A stretch of 42,641 nt of DNA, from positions 1 through 42,641 of the IMG/VR virus record IMGVR_UViG_3300033067_000065; one strand, 5' to 3'. Of the stretch, positions 1 through 6,940 are shown piece after piece. Source of the stretch: a virus (lineage: Duplodnaviria; Caudoviricetes). The notes beneath the pieces are model-generated. The model saw only the letters and a program-made list of their open reading frames with translations. It did no database searches and was not told the DNA's origin. The translations under genes were made by a program, and so were the position numbers. Position 1 is the stretch's first letter. Each line of letters starts with the position of its first letter.

Positions 1-176
1 ATGCCTGCCGAAGCGGCCTCCACCACGATCAACGCTGTGTCCTTCGCTTTGATGCCTACGAGACACCAGAGGGTGCCTCCGAGTGCTCCGAAGACCAGGT
101 TGAGCGGGTAGATGTTGAGGGCTGTTAGGACCATGCCCGTGAGATAGAACCCCGTGCCAGACCAACGGGTGCTCAC
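1..176 (-). CDS. Small membrane protein, 5' part (continues across the junction to 42641..42605; 70 aa in total)
   Basis: GTG at 176. Translation VSTRWSGTGFYLTGMVLTALNIYPLNLVFGALGGTLWCLVGIKAKDTALIVVEAASAG continues as IYLFGLVIWSTK* from the other window end. About 3 hydrophobic segments. The start overlaps the upstream stop (GTGA). Confidence 0.8.
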   Translation of the reverse strand, partial: MSTRWSGTGFYLTGMVLTALNIYPLNLVFGALGGTLWCLVGIKAKDTALIVVEAASAG

Positions 177-346
177 GAGGTCTCCGTGGCGTTGATGAAC
201 CACTCAAGGTCATCGACAGCTGCTTTGAAGTCCTCTAGGAGCTTCTTAGCTTCTGAGTTATCGAGGGTGCCAAGGTCAATGGTGGCCCCTCCATCTTCTA
301 AGCTACAGAATGCGTAGTCGTTGAACCTGCGAAGGTTGAACTTCAT
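173..346 (-). CDS. Hypothetical early protein (57 aa)
   Basis: Read manually: MKFNLRRFNDYAFCSLEDGG...WFINATETS*. GAGGAGG RBS; start and stop overlap the neighbouring genes. Confidence 0.75.
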   Translation of the reverse strand: MKFNLRRFNDYAFCSLEDGGATIDLGTLDNSEAKKLLEDFKAAVDDLEWFINATETS

Positions 347-462
347 AACAGTGCCTCCTCGTATTCCTTCAGACGCTGGCCCTCAATTGCCTTGAGTAGC
401 TTTGCCATCTCTTTGGGAGACAGGCGTGTGAAGGGCCATGTTGGCCATGCTCCTTGGGTCAT
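343..462 (-). CDS. Hypothetical early protein (39 aa)
   Basis: MTQGAWPTWPFTRLSPKEMAKLLKAIEGQRLKEYEEALL*; ATGA overlaps at both ends. Confidence 0.65.
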   Translation of the reverse strand: MTQGAWPTWPFTRLSPKEMAKLLKAIEGQRLKEYEEALL

Positions 463-767
463 ACGCCTTGCTCCTCAGCGATCAGAGCGGCGAACTTGAG
501 CCAACCGTATCGGGCACCTTGGATTTCAGCGTTTACGTTGCGCTGATACCCAAACTTATCAAATGCCATGTGTGAGCCAGTAGGACATCCCATTTCCATG
601 AGACCGTCCAGAATGTCATCGGCATCTACCCCTAGCTCGTAAGCAGCACTTGCGACTGCACAGCAAGAGTATTCGTCAGTGTTATCTCGTTCGTACCAAT
701 CGTCACGGTCTACAGCCAACCAATGGTCAGCCGCACGATGCAAAACATCAGCAATAGTTACAGTCAT
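459..767 (-). CDS. Hypothetical early protein (102 aa)
   Basis: ORF 459..839; start moved to MTVTIAD (767), behind a GGAGA RBS. Confidence 0.8.
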   Translation of the reverse strand: MTVTIADVLHRAADHWLAVDRDDWYERDNTDEYSCCAVASAAYELGVDADDILDGLMEMGCPTGSHMAFDKFGYQRNVNAEIQGARYGWLKFAALIAEEQGV

Positions 768-1001
768 AATAATCTCCAATGATGTGCCCTCGACATGAAG
801 GCACACTCTTAGAGATTGTAGGATTGTCACAGCAACCAAGGCTATGCGTCCGCCCCTACACCCAGCGTATTAACGTGCTCTGGTCAGCACTTGTGGTAAT
901 TCTACATGAGAATTTCAAAAGGCCCAATGCTTGGCGGAATTTCCGCTAAAAAGACCCTTTGAGATGCTCAGGTATTTCAAAACGCCCAAAGCCAGCCACT
1001 A

Positions 1002-1282
1002 AGGCCAGCCAAGGTTATGCGCTTACTTTTTGGGCCACGGCTGCACCTGCTGGGCATAGATAGTGGCCTTGTAGGATTCCTCAGGGGCGAACCTAATGAG
1101 GGTCTCCCAAGAGTGATAGACAGGGTGCGAGGCTTGAACCTCTAGGCGGTCAGGGTAGCAGAGGAGCCTACGGGTCAGGCTCACCCCACGGACATAGGGC
1201 CTAGGTGCCATAGGTCCCCCATTCGGGCATCTTCCAGCCCATCGTGCGGACATCTGAGGGTAGGCCAGCCAAGGTTATGCGC
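1002..1282. repeat. 21-bp exact direct repeat AGGCCAGCCAAGGTTATGCGC (1002-1022, 1262-1282), with a degenerate copy at 833-849
   Basis: Read directly from the sequence. Confidence 0.85.
1023..1211 (-). CDS. Hypothetical early protein (62 aa)
   Basis: ORF 1023..1253; likely start MAPRPYV at 1211, overlapping the end of the upstream gene. Confidence 0.65.
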   Translation of the reverse strand: MAPRPYVRGVSLTRRLLCYPDRLEVQASHPVYHSWETLIRFAPEESYKATIYAQQVQPWPKK

Positions 1283-1434
1283 CCAGCCTTGTAGGCTTGG
1301 AGTTTGTCGAGACAATCCCGCCAGTGTGCCTCTAGGTTTCTCGTGGTGTCGCTGGGCCACTTTGCGTTGGCATACATAGCCACGTTGTGGACAATGCGGG
1401 ACTCTATCTCAGCCAGTGGTAGGTGTAGGCTCAT
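1201..1434 (-). CDS. Hypothetical early protein (77 aa)
   Basis: ORF coupled by an ATGA overlap to the upstream gene. Confidence 0.75.
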   Translation of the reverse strand: MSLHLPLAEIESRIVHNVAMYANAKWPSDTTRNLEAHWRDCLDKLQAYKAGRITLAGLPSDVRTMGWKMPEWGTYGT

Positions 1435-1751
1435 ACTGTGAACACCTTGATCAAACGAGGGCCTACAACCTCACTGAGGGCCTTTTCTAAGCCCTCAGCG
1501 TATGCCTCTGCAGCTTCCTTCGAGGGCAGATCAGCGACACACTCAAGGCCTCCAAAACCCTGATTATCTGGGTGTTCATGGTCGTAATGCAGATACACAG
1601 ACCAGAAGTACAAGGCCAGCTCGTCAGAGCCAATGTCAGAATCTTCTACTTGCTCACAGAAGCCCTCGGGATACTCTGCAACAGGATGAACCTCTACAGC
1701 GTTGAACAGCTCCAATGCGAGTCCCTCAGGGACAGTTATGTTCGGATACAT
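1431..1751 (-). CDS. Hypothetical acidic early protein (106 aa)
   Basis: ORF with TAATG coupling and a GGAGG RBS. Confidence 0.8.
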   Translation of the reverse strand: MYPNITVPEGLALELFNAVEVHPVAEYPEGFCEQVEDSDIGSDELALYFWSVYLHYDHEHPDNQGFGGLECVADLPSKEAAEAYAEGLEKALSEVVGPRLIKVFTV

Positions 1752-1915
1752 TATGCGGCCTCCACGGAATCAATGTTCCAGTCAGCACTCCCATCACCAT
1801 TAAAATCCCCGCCGTCCATATCACGGGCGATGGCTTCCGCTTCTTCCAGTGTGTCCGCTTCAATCTCAGCGGTGAGGTACGTGATGTACGATGCTTTAAC
1901 AATAAATTTTGGCAT
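1751..1915 (-). CDS. Small acidic early protein (54 aa)
   Basis: Read manually: MPKFIVKASYITYLTAEIEADTLEEAEAIARDMDGGDF...EAA*; GGAG RBS. Not in the ORF track; preferred over the overlapping 1726..2001 ORF. Confidence 0.75.
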   Translation of the reverse strand: MPKFIVKASYITYLTAEIEADTLEEAEAIARDMDGGDFNGDGSADWNIDSVEAA

Positions 1916-2012
1916 GATGAATACTCCAAAGGGTGCCTAGGGCTGAGGCTGACAGAGTGCCCACGGATGCCCACGCTTCTCACATGGGCAACCATTGGCA
2001 TTCGGCAAGTGA

Positions 2013-2405
2013 TTAGCGGTAGAGATACGTTACACCGTCAATCTCGGTGCTGGTGTAATCCATCTGTAAGGCGACATAATCGAGGGTTACCGTCATGAAG
2101 CTGGGCAACTTGGGCAACTCGTAACACTCCGCCACCATCTCATCCATGTACTCCTCGAAGTAGCTCTCACGGATAAGAGTGATCGGGTACCAATCACCGC
2201 GCCACTGTTCATCCCCGCCGTTGCCCCGAAGCTCAGCCATAAGAACCTGAAGGGATGCAAACTCGTCCCACTCCTCGTCTGTGCCTTCCCATCCCTCGTC
2301 TGTGCCCTCCTCGTTCCCGAGCATTGCCTCTAGCTCCTCGTAACGCTCGATCAGGTCGCGTACATCGATGGTATCGTCTGTGTTGTTCAGTGTGAAATTG
2401 GTCAT
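2013..2405 (-). CDS. Highly acidic ArdA-like anti-restriction / DNA-mimic candidate (130 aa)
   Basis: Very Asp/Glu-rich. C-terminal LIRESYFEEY...LQMDYTSTEIDGVTYLYR resembles phage ArdA-like proteins. Occupies the position of T7 gene 0.3. AAGGA RBS. Confidence 0.6.
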   Translation of the reverse strand: MTNFTLNNTDDTIDVRDLIERYEELEAMLGNEEGTDEGWEGTDEEWDEFASLQVLMAELRGNGGDEQWRGDWYPITLIRESYFEEYMDEMVAECYELPKLPSFMTVTLDYVALQMDYTSTEIDGVTYLYR

Positions 2406-2441
2406 GGTAGTGATCCTTTCGGTTGGTTGATGGTGAGAGTG

Positions 2442-2471
2442 ATTATATGGGCAATGGTTGCCACTTGGCAA
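2442..2471 (-). promoter_or_regulatory. Sigma70-type early promoter overlapped by a palindromic operator-like site
   Basis: TTGCCA (2471-2466), 18-bp spacer, TATAAT (2447-2442). The perfect palindrome TTGCCA-CT-TGGCAA (2458-2471) covers the -35. Confidence 0.7.
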
Positions 2472-2475
2472 GTGA

Positions 2476-2580
2476 TTAGCCGATGAAACAATAAGCGACT
2501 AGGCAGAAGATCACGCCATAAACAATGGCAGTAATGAAGTGCTCAAGGGCTTTGAGTGCGAGTTGTGCTGAAGTTGGCAT
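2476..2580 (-). CDS. Small single-pass membrane peptide (34 aa)
   Basis: MPTSAQLALKALEHFITAIVYGVIFCLVAYCFIG*; AGGAGA RBS; extended -10 TGcTATATT at 2619-2611. Confidence 0.65.
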   Translation of the reverse strand: MPTSAQLALKALEHFITAIVYGVIFCLVAYCFIG

Positions 2581-2621
2581 TGTGGATTCTCCTAGTTAGT
2601 TGAGGTTTGCAATATAGCAGA

Positions 2622-2747
2622 TTATTTGCGAATCAAGCGGGTATCAGTTGCAGCAATGTGGATGCTGAGGCAGTGCCATGCCACATAGACACAGAGACCA
2701 ACAAAAGAGCCGAGAATGATTAGACCGTAAATAGCTTGAGGGTTCAT
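2622..2747 (-). CDS. Small single-pass membrane peptide (41 aa); first gene after the terminal region
   Basis: MNPQAIYGLIILGSFVGLCVYVAWHCLSIHIAATDTRLIRK*; AGGAG RBS. Confidence 0.65.
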   Translation of the reverse strand: MNPQAIYGLIILGSFVGLCVYVAWHCLSIHIAATDTRLIRK

Positions 2748-2821
2748 GTTGTTTACTCCTATGAGTTGTTGAAAGTGATGCAACTATAACGCATAAATTG
2801 GTGCGCGGTTTACTTTGTCTA

Positions 2822-2858
2822 ATTGAAATTTTCTATCAGGCCTATAGTCAAAACCTAT
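2822..2858. promoter_or_regulatory. OxyR-type (LysR family) binding site
   Basis: ATTG-N7-CTAT-N7-ATAG-N7-CTAT, 15/16 match to the OxyR consensus ATAG-N7-CTAT-N7-ATAG-N7-CTAT. A degenerate second array lies at 2865-2901 (11/16). Confidence 0.6.
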
Positions 2859-2926
2859 AGCAACATAAAGCGCACCGATAGAGAGCTTAAAGCGGACCGA
2901 TAGATAACTTGAGGTGCAGGGCTTGC

Positions 2927-2992
2927 GGTGAGCTTGAGGTGAGCCTGTGGTGAGCTTGAGGTGAGCCTGTGGTGAGCTTGAGGTGAGCCTGT
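2927..2992. repeat. Tandem repeat (GGTGAGCTTGAGGTGAGCCTGT)x3, i.e. six 11-bp units
   Basis: Read directly. Preceded by another imperfect 22-bp direct repeat at 2866-2909. Confidence 0.95.
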
Positions 2993-3051
2993 GGTTCTAT
3001 ACAGTACTGTATGTATATCCAGGGAAACACGACTGATGCCCAAGCACAGGC

Positions 3052-3082
3052 TGTGGATAACCTGTGGACATCTTGTGGATAA
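3052..3082 (-). promoter_or_regulatory. DnaA box cluster
   Basis: Two perfect TTATCCACA boxes (TGTGGATAA on + at 3052-3060 and 3074-3082), with a degenerate box TGTGGACAT at 3063-3071; 11-bp phasing. Confidence 0.7.
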
Positions 3083-3141
3083 CTTAAAAACAATTGATAG
3101 AGCCTATTCACTAGCTCCTATAGCTAACGAAAAGCCTTATA

Positions 3142-3154
3142 AATCAACGACTTA
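3142..3154 (+). promoter_or_regulatory. IHF binding site
   Basis: AATCAA-CGAC-TTA matches the WATCAANNNNTTR consensus. Confidence 0.55.
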
Positions 3155-3289
3155 CTGCGCCTTGAGACAGCCCTTGTGTCAACCACCAGTCAACCAGTGG
3201 TCAGACTCTTGGATTCAGAGGCACCCACGGGGGGAATTCGCCACCGTCATTTCTCGAGGTACCGTCTCATATTTTTTCGGTAAAACCTT

Positions 3290-3520
3290 TTGACCCCTAA
3301 AGTCTCACCAGGAGTCTCTCTTCTCGATACCTCTAGAACTCTCTAGGAAGGCCTACAAGGCCTCTAAAGGTCAAACCCTAGGCTACCCTACTGGTCTGTC
3401 CTTTAGCTGTCTCTAAGCTCTATCTATGTTGTATATCAATAATGATCACACTCAGTAGTCATCACCTAAAGACACTTTGAGATACCTATAGTTATCTTAG
3501 AGTTGTCTATGAGTCTATGA
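3290..3520. repeat. Degenerate short-repeat tract resembling the T7 terminal SRR (CCTAAAG-like); the virion genome ends are probably nearby
   Basis: Recurrent cctaaag/ctctaag/ctctag/cctatag/cttagag words in non-coding DNA between terL and the early genes. Confidence 0.5.
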
Positions 3521-3752
3521 CCATATGCTGGCCGATATGAGCTTCCAGATCCCCCCTCTCTTATTCTTTTCCACAGATACTATCCTGTAAGAAACAAATT
3601 AAGATAGTACCTGTAGAAAGGAACAAGAGAGTGGGTAGGTGCTCATTCGTCCTGCATCCATATGCTAGGCACGACATTGAGAACCAGCCAGCCAAAGCTG
3701 GAACCCTAAGTGGCTATTCGTACCTAGGATCATCCCCCAGAAGAATTTCATC

Positions 3753-3773
3753 TTCCAATTGGGGGTCGGTCAA
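3753..3773 (-). promoter_or_regulatory. Putative phage RNAP promoter (phiOR-like position)
   Basis: TTGACCGACCCCCAATTGGAA on minus; aligns in register with the sites at 39578, 36907, 34247 and 25259; directly after the terL stop. Confidence 0.55.
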
Positions 3774-3775
3774 TA

Positions 3776-5431
3776 TCAGGCTCTGGACATCCAGGTGGTC
3801 TGAGGTCTCTCAGAGACACCAAAGACATTCCTATGCCAGTTCTTGAGTTCCTTATCCATGGCCTGTGACTTGATGTCATCGACTGCCTTGTTGTTGTCTC
3901 TGGCCATTGTCTCTGTCCAGTAGGCCACAGCGATGGCTAGGGCATCCAATCTATCGTCATGGATCAATGCACCACGATCTCTGGTGAGACGGGTCATCTG
4001 GTAGAACAGGGAGTACTTCACATCAGGTGCTGTATCGAAGTCCTTCTGGATGACTCTCTGGTCTACAATGAGTCTGTGTCCAGTCATCACTGGTTCCAGG
4101 GTGTCGATGATACGAGCTTCCTTCTGGGTAGAGTGTTTCACCTCTTCCACCGTACAGGGATAGATCCTAGTCAGGATTGGCTTGATCAACTGAGTGAACA
4201 TGCCATCACCGAAGTTAGCTTCAATGATGATGTACTTCACCTGATTGGCCTTAGCGATCTTGGCGAGAGCTTCGAGGGTAGATTCCTCATAGCCACCAGA
4301 GATGCCACCTGCTGCTGTCACAAAGAGATTGCCAGCCAGAGCCTTGACCACCGCATAGCCTGTCTCGTCCTTACCACGACCTGAGGGGTCGATGGACATC
4401 ACAGCGCCTGTGTACTCATTCATATCGTCTGAGTGCCACATGGGGCGGTAGTAGCGATCTCCAGTCAGGGCCACGTTGGGCAGATCGTTGATGGTCAGCT
4501 CAGGAGCAGCAGCCCAGGCTACCTTCAAGTGACCCATAGTCGGGTTCAGGTTCTGGACAATGAGGTCTCCCACCTTCAGAGGGTACCTATCGGCATCACT
4601 CAGGCTGGTGTCGAGCTGGAACTGGAGTGCAAAGCCTGCCTTACCATAAGACGCCCTACGTTCCATGAGGTCTTCCTCAGAGAATCGCTTGGGGTCTGTG
4701 GGCATGGACACCTGTGAGGCATCCTGCTCCAAGGCCAGGGTGATCATAGGAGCCAGACGGCCTTGGTATTTGATCACCTGGTTCAACTCTGGGTACAGAG
4801 CTGGCCAGATGCGTACCTCATAGCCACGCTCAGGGAGCTGGTTGTAGAGGGACATCTCTGTCTGTGGGGTACCCAGGTAGATGATCCGTCCACCTGGTTT
4901 CAAGATAGCGTCAAATTCCTTCACAGCCTCAGAGAGCTTGTCTCGCATCATCTGGGTGGCTGAGTTGTTAGGGACCTCTACGTCATCCGCAATGAGGACA
5001 TCCGCACGAGAACCCGTAATCTGGCCTGTGATACCCACGGACTTGACCGAGGGTGAGTGGTCGGGTGTCGCAGGGCCGACATCAAACGCGATGACGGAAT
5101 CCCTTTGACCCGCCTGGGGAGCAAGGTGCTGGAGCGCAGGAATCTCATGGATCAACCTTTTGACGAAGTTAGAGAAGGCATCAGCTCGTTCCTTGGATGC
5201 AGACACCACGAGGATCTTGAGCTGTGGGTTATTGAGCAGCAGCCAGCACACGAAGGCACTGGTCAGCCAGGATTTGCCTACCCCTCGAAAGGCTTCGATG
5301 ACGGAGCGGCGTGGTCCGTGCTGTAGGTATTGGGCAATGTCATACTGAACTCGTGTAGGCTCAGGTAAGTTGAGATGTTTCCAAACAATGTAGGCAAACA
5401 CTCGAAAATCTTCATTGATTCTATTAGACAT
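3776..5431 (-). CDS. terL: Terminase large subunit (T7 gp19-like)
   Basis: Walker A AFRGVGKS, Walker B LIADDVE, coupling motif YLGTPQ, RNase H-like nuclease DPSGRGKDE...HDDRLDALA. Confidence 0.97.
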   Translation of the reverse strand: MSNRINEDFRVFAYIVWKHLNLPEPTRVQYDIAQYLQHGPRRSVIEAFRGVGKSWLTSAFVCWLLLNNPQLKILVVSASKERADAFSNFVKRLIHEIPALQHLAPQAGQRDSVIAFDVGPATPDHSPSVKSVGITGQITGSRADVLIADDVEVPNNSATQMMRDKLSEAVKEFDAILKPGGRIIYLGTPQTEMSLYNQLPERGYEVRIWPALYPELNQVIKYQGRLAPMITLALEQDASQVSMPTDPKRFSEEDLMERRASYGKAGFALQFQLDTSLSDADRYPLKVGDLIVQNLNPTMGHLKVAWAAAPELTINDLPNVALTGDRYYRPMWHSDDMNEYTGAVMSIDPSGRGKDETGYAVVKALAGNLFVTAAGGISGGYEESTLEALAKIAKANQVKYIIIEANFGDGMFTQLIKPILTRIYPCTVEEVKHSTQKEARIIDTLEPVMTGHRLIVDQRVIQKDFDTAPDVKYSLFYQMTRLTRDRGALIHDDRLDALAIAVAYWTETMARDNNKAVDDIKSQAMDKELKNWHRNVFGVSERPQTTWMSRA

Positions 5432-5446
5432 TCATTAGATTCGATT

Positions 5447-5525
5447 AGAGCCTCTACAAGACGCTTTCAGGGATTACCTAGGGGTAGCCTAGGGTAACCC
5501 GAGAAAACGCCTTAAAGAGGGGTTT
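5447..5525. other. Long imperfect hairpin (RNase III site-like) between grx and terL
   Basis: Core gggattacctagg-ggtag-cctagggtaaccc with extended imperfect arms. Confidence 0.45.
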
Positions 5526-5749
5526 TAGACAGTCTGGAGGTGCTTCTTGAGATCCTCCAAGCCACCAATGTGAGTGTCCCCCTGGTAAACTTGGGGAACA
5601 CCACGATGCTTCTCACAGAACTCATCGAGTTCCACAGGGATCATGTTGAGCACATTGACGTACACGAACGGTTTTCCTGCAGTCTCTAGGAGTGTCTTAG
5701 CTGTCTGACAGGGACTGCACCCTGGTCTGCCATAGACGGTGTAGGTCAT
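5525..5749 (-). CDS. grx: Glutaredoxin
   Basis: CSPC active site, VPQV cis-Pro motif and HIGG motif; 74 aa. Confidence 0.92.
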   Translation of the reverse strand: MTYTVYGRPGCSPCQTAKTLLETAGKPFVYVNVLNMIPVELDEFCEKHRGVPQVYQGDTHIGGLEDLKKHLQTV

Positions 5750-6009
5750 GAGGACTTTCGGATAGGGATGATGTTGTCATCCTCGAATACGGGGAGGTCG
5801 GCAAGGTCGTGCAGAGGAGTACCAGGAGCTGCTACAGCCTCGATCTTGTTGTCCTTCAGAAACTGACGGGCAACGTTCAAGATGGCTGCAGGAGGGGGGA
5901 CTTTCACCCCCATGTCATCGGTCCCATAGTCCTGGGAGATGGCTTCCTGGAGAATCTCTGCAAGTTTGCCGTGAAGACTACTAAGGGCCTTCTCATCGGC
6001 TTTATTCAT
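5746..6009 (-). CDS. terS: Terminase small subunit (T7 gp18-like)
   Basis: AAILNVARQFLKDNKI motif, size, and position upstream of terL. Confidence 0.85.
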   Translation of the reverse strand: MNKADEKALSSLHGKLAEILQEAISQDYGTDDMGVKVPPPAAILNVARQFLKDNKIEAVAAPGTPLHDLADLPVFEDDNIIPIRKSS

Positions 6010-6011
6010 AG

Positions 6012-6233
6012 TTATGCAAGAATGAGTTTGAGGGCCTTATCGAACCCGATTGACTGGCCTACGATTACGGCACAGGCACCCATGGCCAACCACTTGATCT
6101 GAGAGAGGGTCTTCTCAATACCCACGAGACTCCTTTTGAGTGTCTCTGAGATGTCTTGAAGTTTCTTCAGCTCTTCCTGGTGGTCGTCCATTCGGTATTC
6201 GAGCTTAAGGATACGTTGTTCTAGGTGGTCCAT
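6012..6233 (-). CDS. Coiled-coil protein with C-terminal TM segment (XhlA/holin-like)
   Basis: Heptad N-terminus followed by hydrophobic IKWLAMGACAVIVG; located at the T7 gp17.5 position. Confidence 0.55.
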   Translation of the reverse strand: MDHLEQRILKLEYRMDDHQEELKKLQDISETLKRSLVGIEKTLSQIKWLAMGACAVIVGQSIGFDKALKLILA

Positions 6234-6234
6234 G

Positions 6235-6756
6235 TTATTCGTACATTATGTTCACAGAGCCTGCATCGAAGGCATCTGTGCCTGTCGTACAGTTGATCCT
6301 GACACGATCTAAGGCACCCGAGAGAGTCTTAGCGCCAGCGATGTAGTTCACTTGAGATGTACTACACTTGATGACACCAGAGCAGGCCCAGGTGTTACCA
6401 CTGACTCGTGTCAAGATGACCTGGCCAGAACCAGTGTTGGTTCCAACCATAGACCCCACGACAAAGCCTGAGGTCCAACTTGAGGTGGAGGCTGAGGCAG
6501 TCACAATGGCTGCGATCTGGTGAACGTAGCCAGAGGTTTCAAAGCCTCCTGAGGTACCCAGGACGATCTGTGTGTTGGTCGAGCCACTGGTGCTCACCTC
6601 GTTGAAGCTCACCGTGATACGGTTGGCCCACGAGGGGATACCTGTGAAGTCAAAGGTTGTGCCACTGGTCGTGCTTTGAGCAGTGCCTAAAGTCAACGGA
6701 CGGATTCTATTACCGTCCAAAGAGAAACCTGAGGTTCCATCTACTACTGCGGTCAT
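6235..6756 (-). CDS. Tail-fibre-associated beta-rich protein
   Basis: G/S/T-rich; DFTGIPSWANRITV and LSGALDRVRI...FDAGSVNIMYE pattern seen in phage tail cassettes. Confidence 0.7.
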   Translation of the reverse strand: MTAVVDGTSGFSLDGNRIRPLTLGTAQSTTSGTTFDFTGIPSWANRITVSFNEVSTSGSTNTQIVLGTSGGFETSGYVHQIAAIVTASASTSSWTSGFVVGSMVGTNTGSGQVILTRVSGNTWACSGVIKCSTSQVNYIAGAKTLSGALDRVRINCTTGTDAFDAGSVNIMYE

Positions 6757-6938
6757 AGACCTCCCTGGTTAGTGTTAGGTTCGTCTGCTGGCTCAGGCGT
6801 GTTGCCTTCTTCCAGCCATTTCAAATAGGCTTGGTAGTCTGTGTTGGCGGGGTCGAATGGGATGCAAGCGCCATCAGTAGTACGGCGAATGCAATTTGAA
6901 GGTTCGCCCGTGTAGATACTCAAAATTACTTGGTACAT
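6753..6938 (-). CDS. Small tail-fibre-associated (assembly/chaperone-like) protein (61 aa)
   Basis: IPFDPANTDYQAYLKWLEEGNTPEPAD motif; start moved to MYQV (6938), just after the upstream stop. Confidence 0.75.
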   Translation of the reverse strand: MYQVILSIYTGEPSNCIRRTTDGACIPFDPANTDYQAYLKWLEEGNTPEPADEPNTNQGGL

Positions 6939-6940
6939 GA

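Noticed and set aside
912-992. TTGAAA words in the 19-bp repeats as sigma70 -35 elements
   Set aside because: No acceptable -10 hexamer at about 17-bp spacing.
1726-2001. 91-aa minus-strand ORF from the track
   Set aside because: A different frame (1751-1915) has an RBS, stop-start coupling and a more protein-like sequence.
2927-2992. Possible CRISPR or mini-array
   Set aside because: The units are head-to-tail with no unique spacers, and there are no cas genes.
2855-3293. ORFs 2855-3043, 2887-3111 and 2991-3293
   Set aside because: They are translations of the repeat and binding-site array, with no convincing RBS; treated as non-coding.
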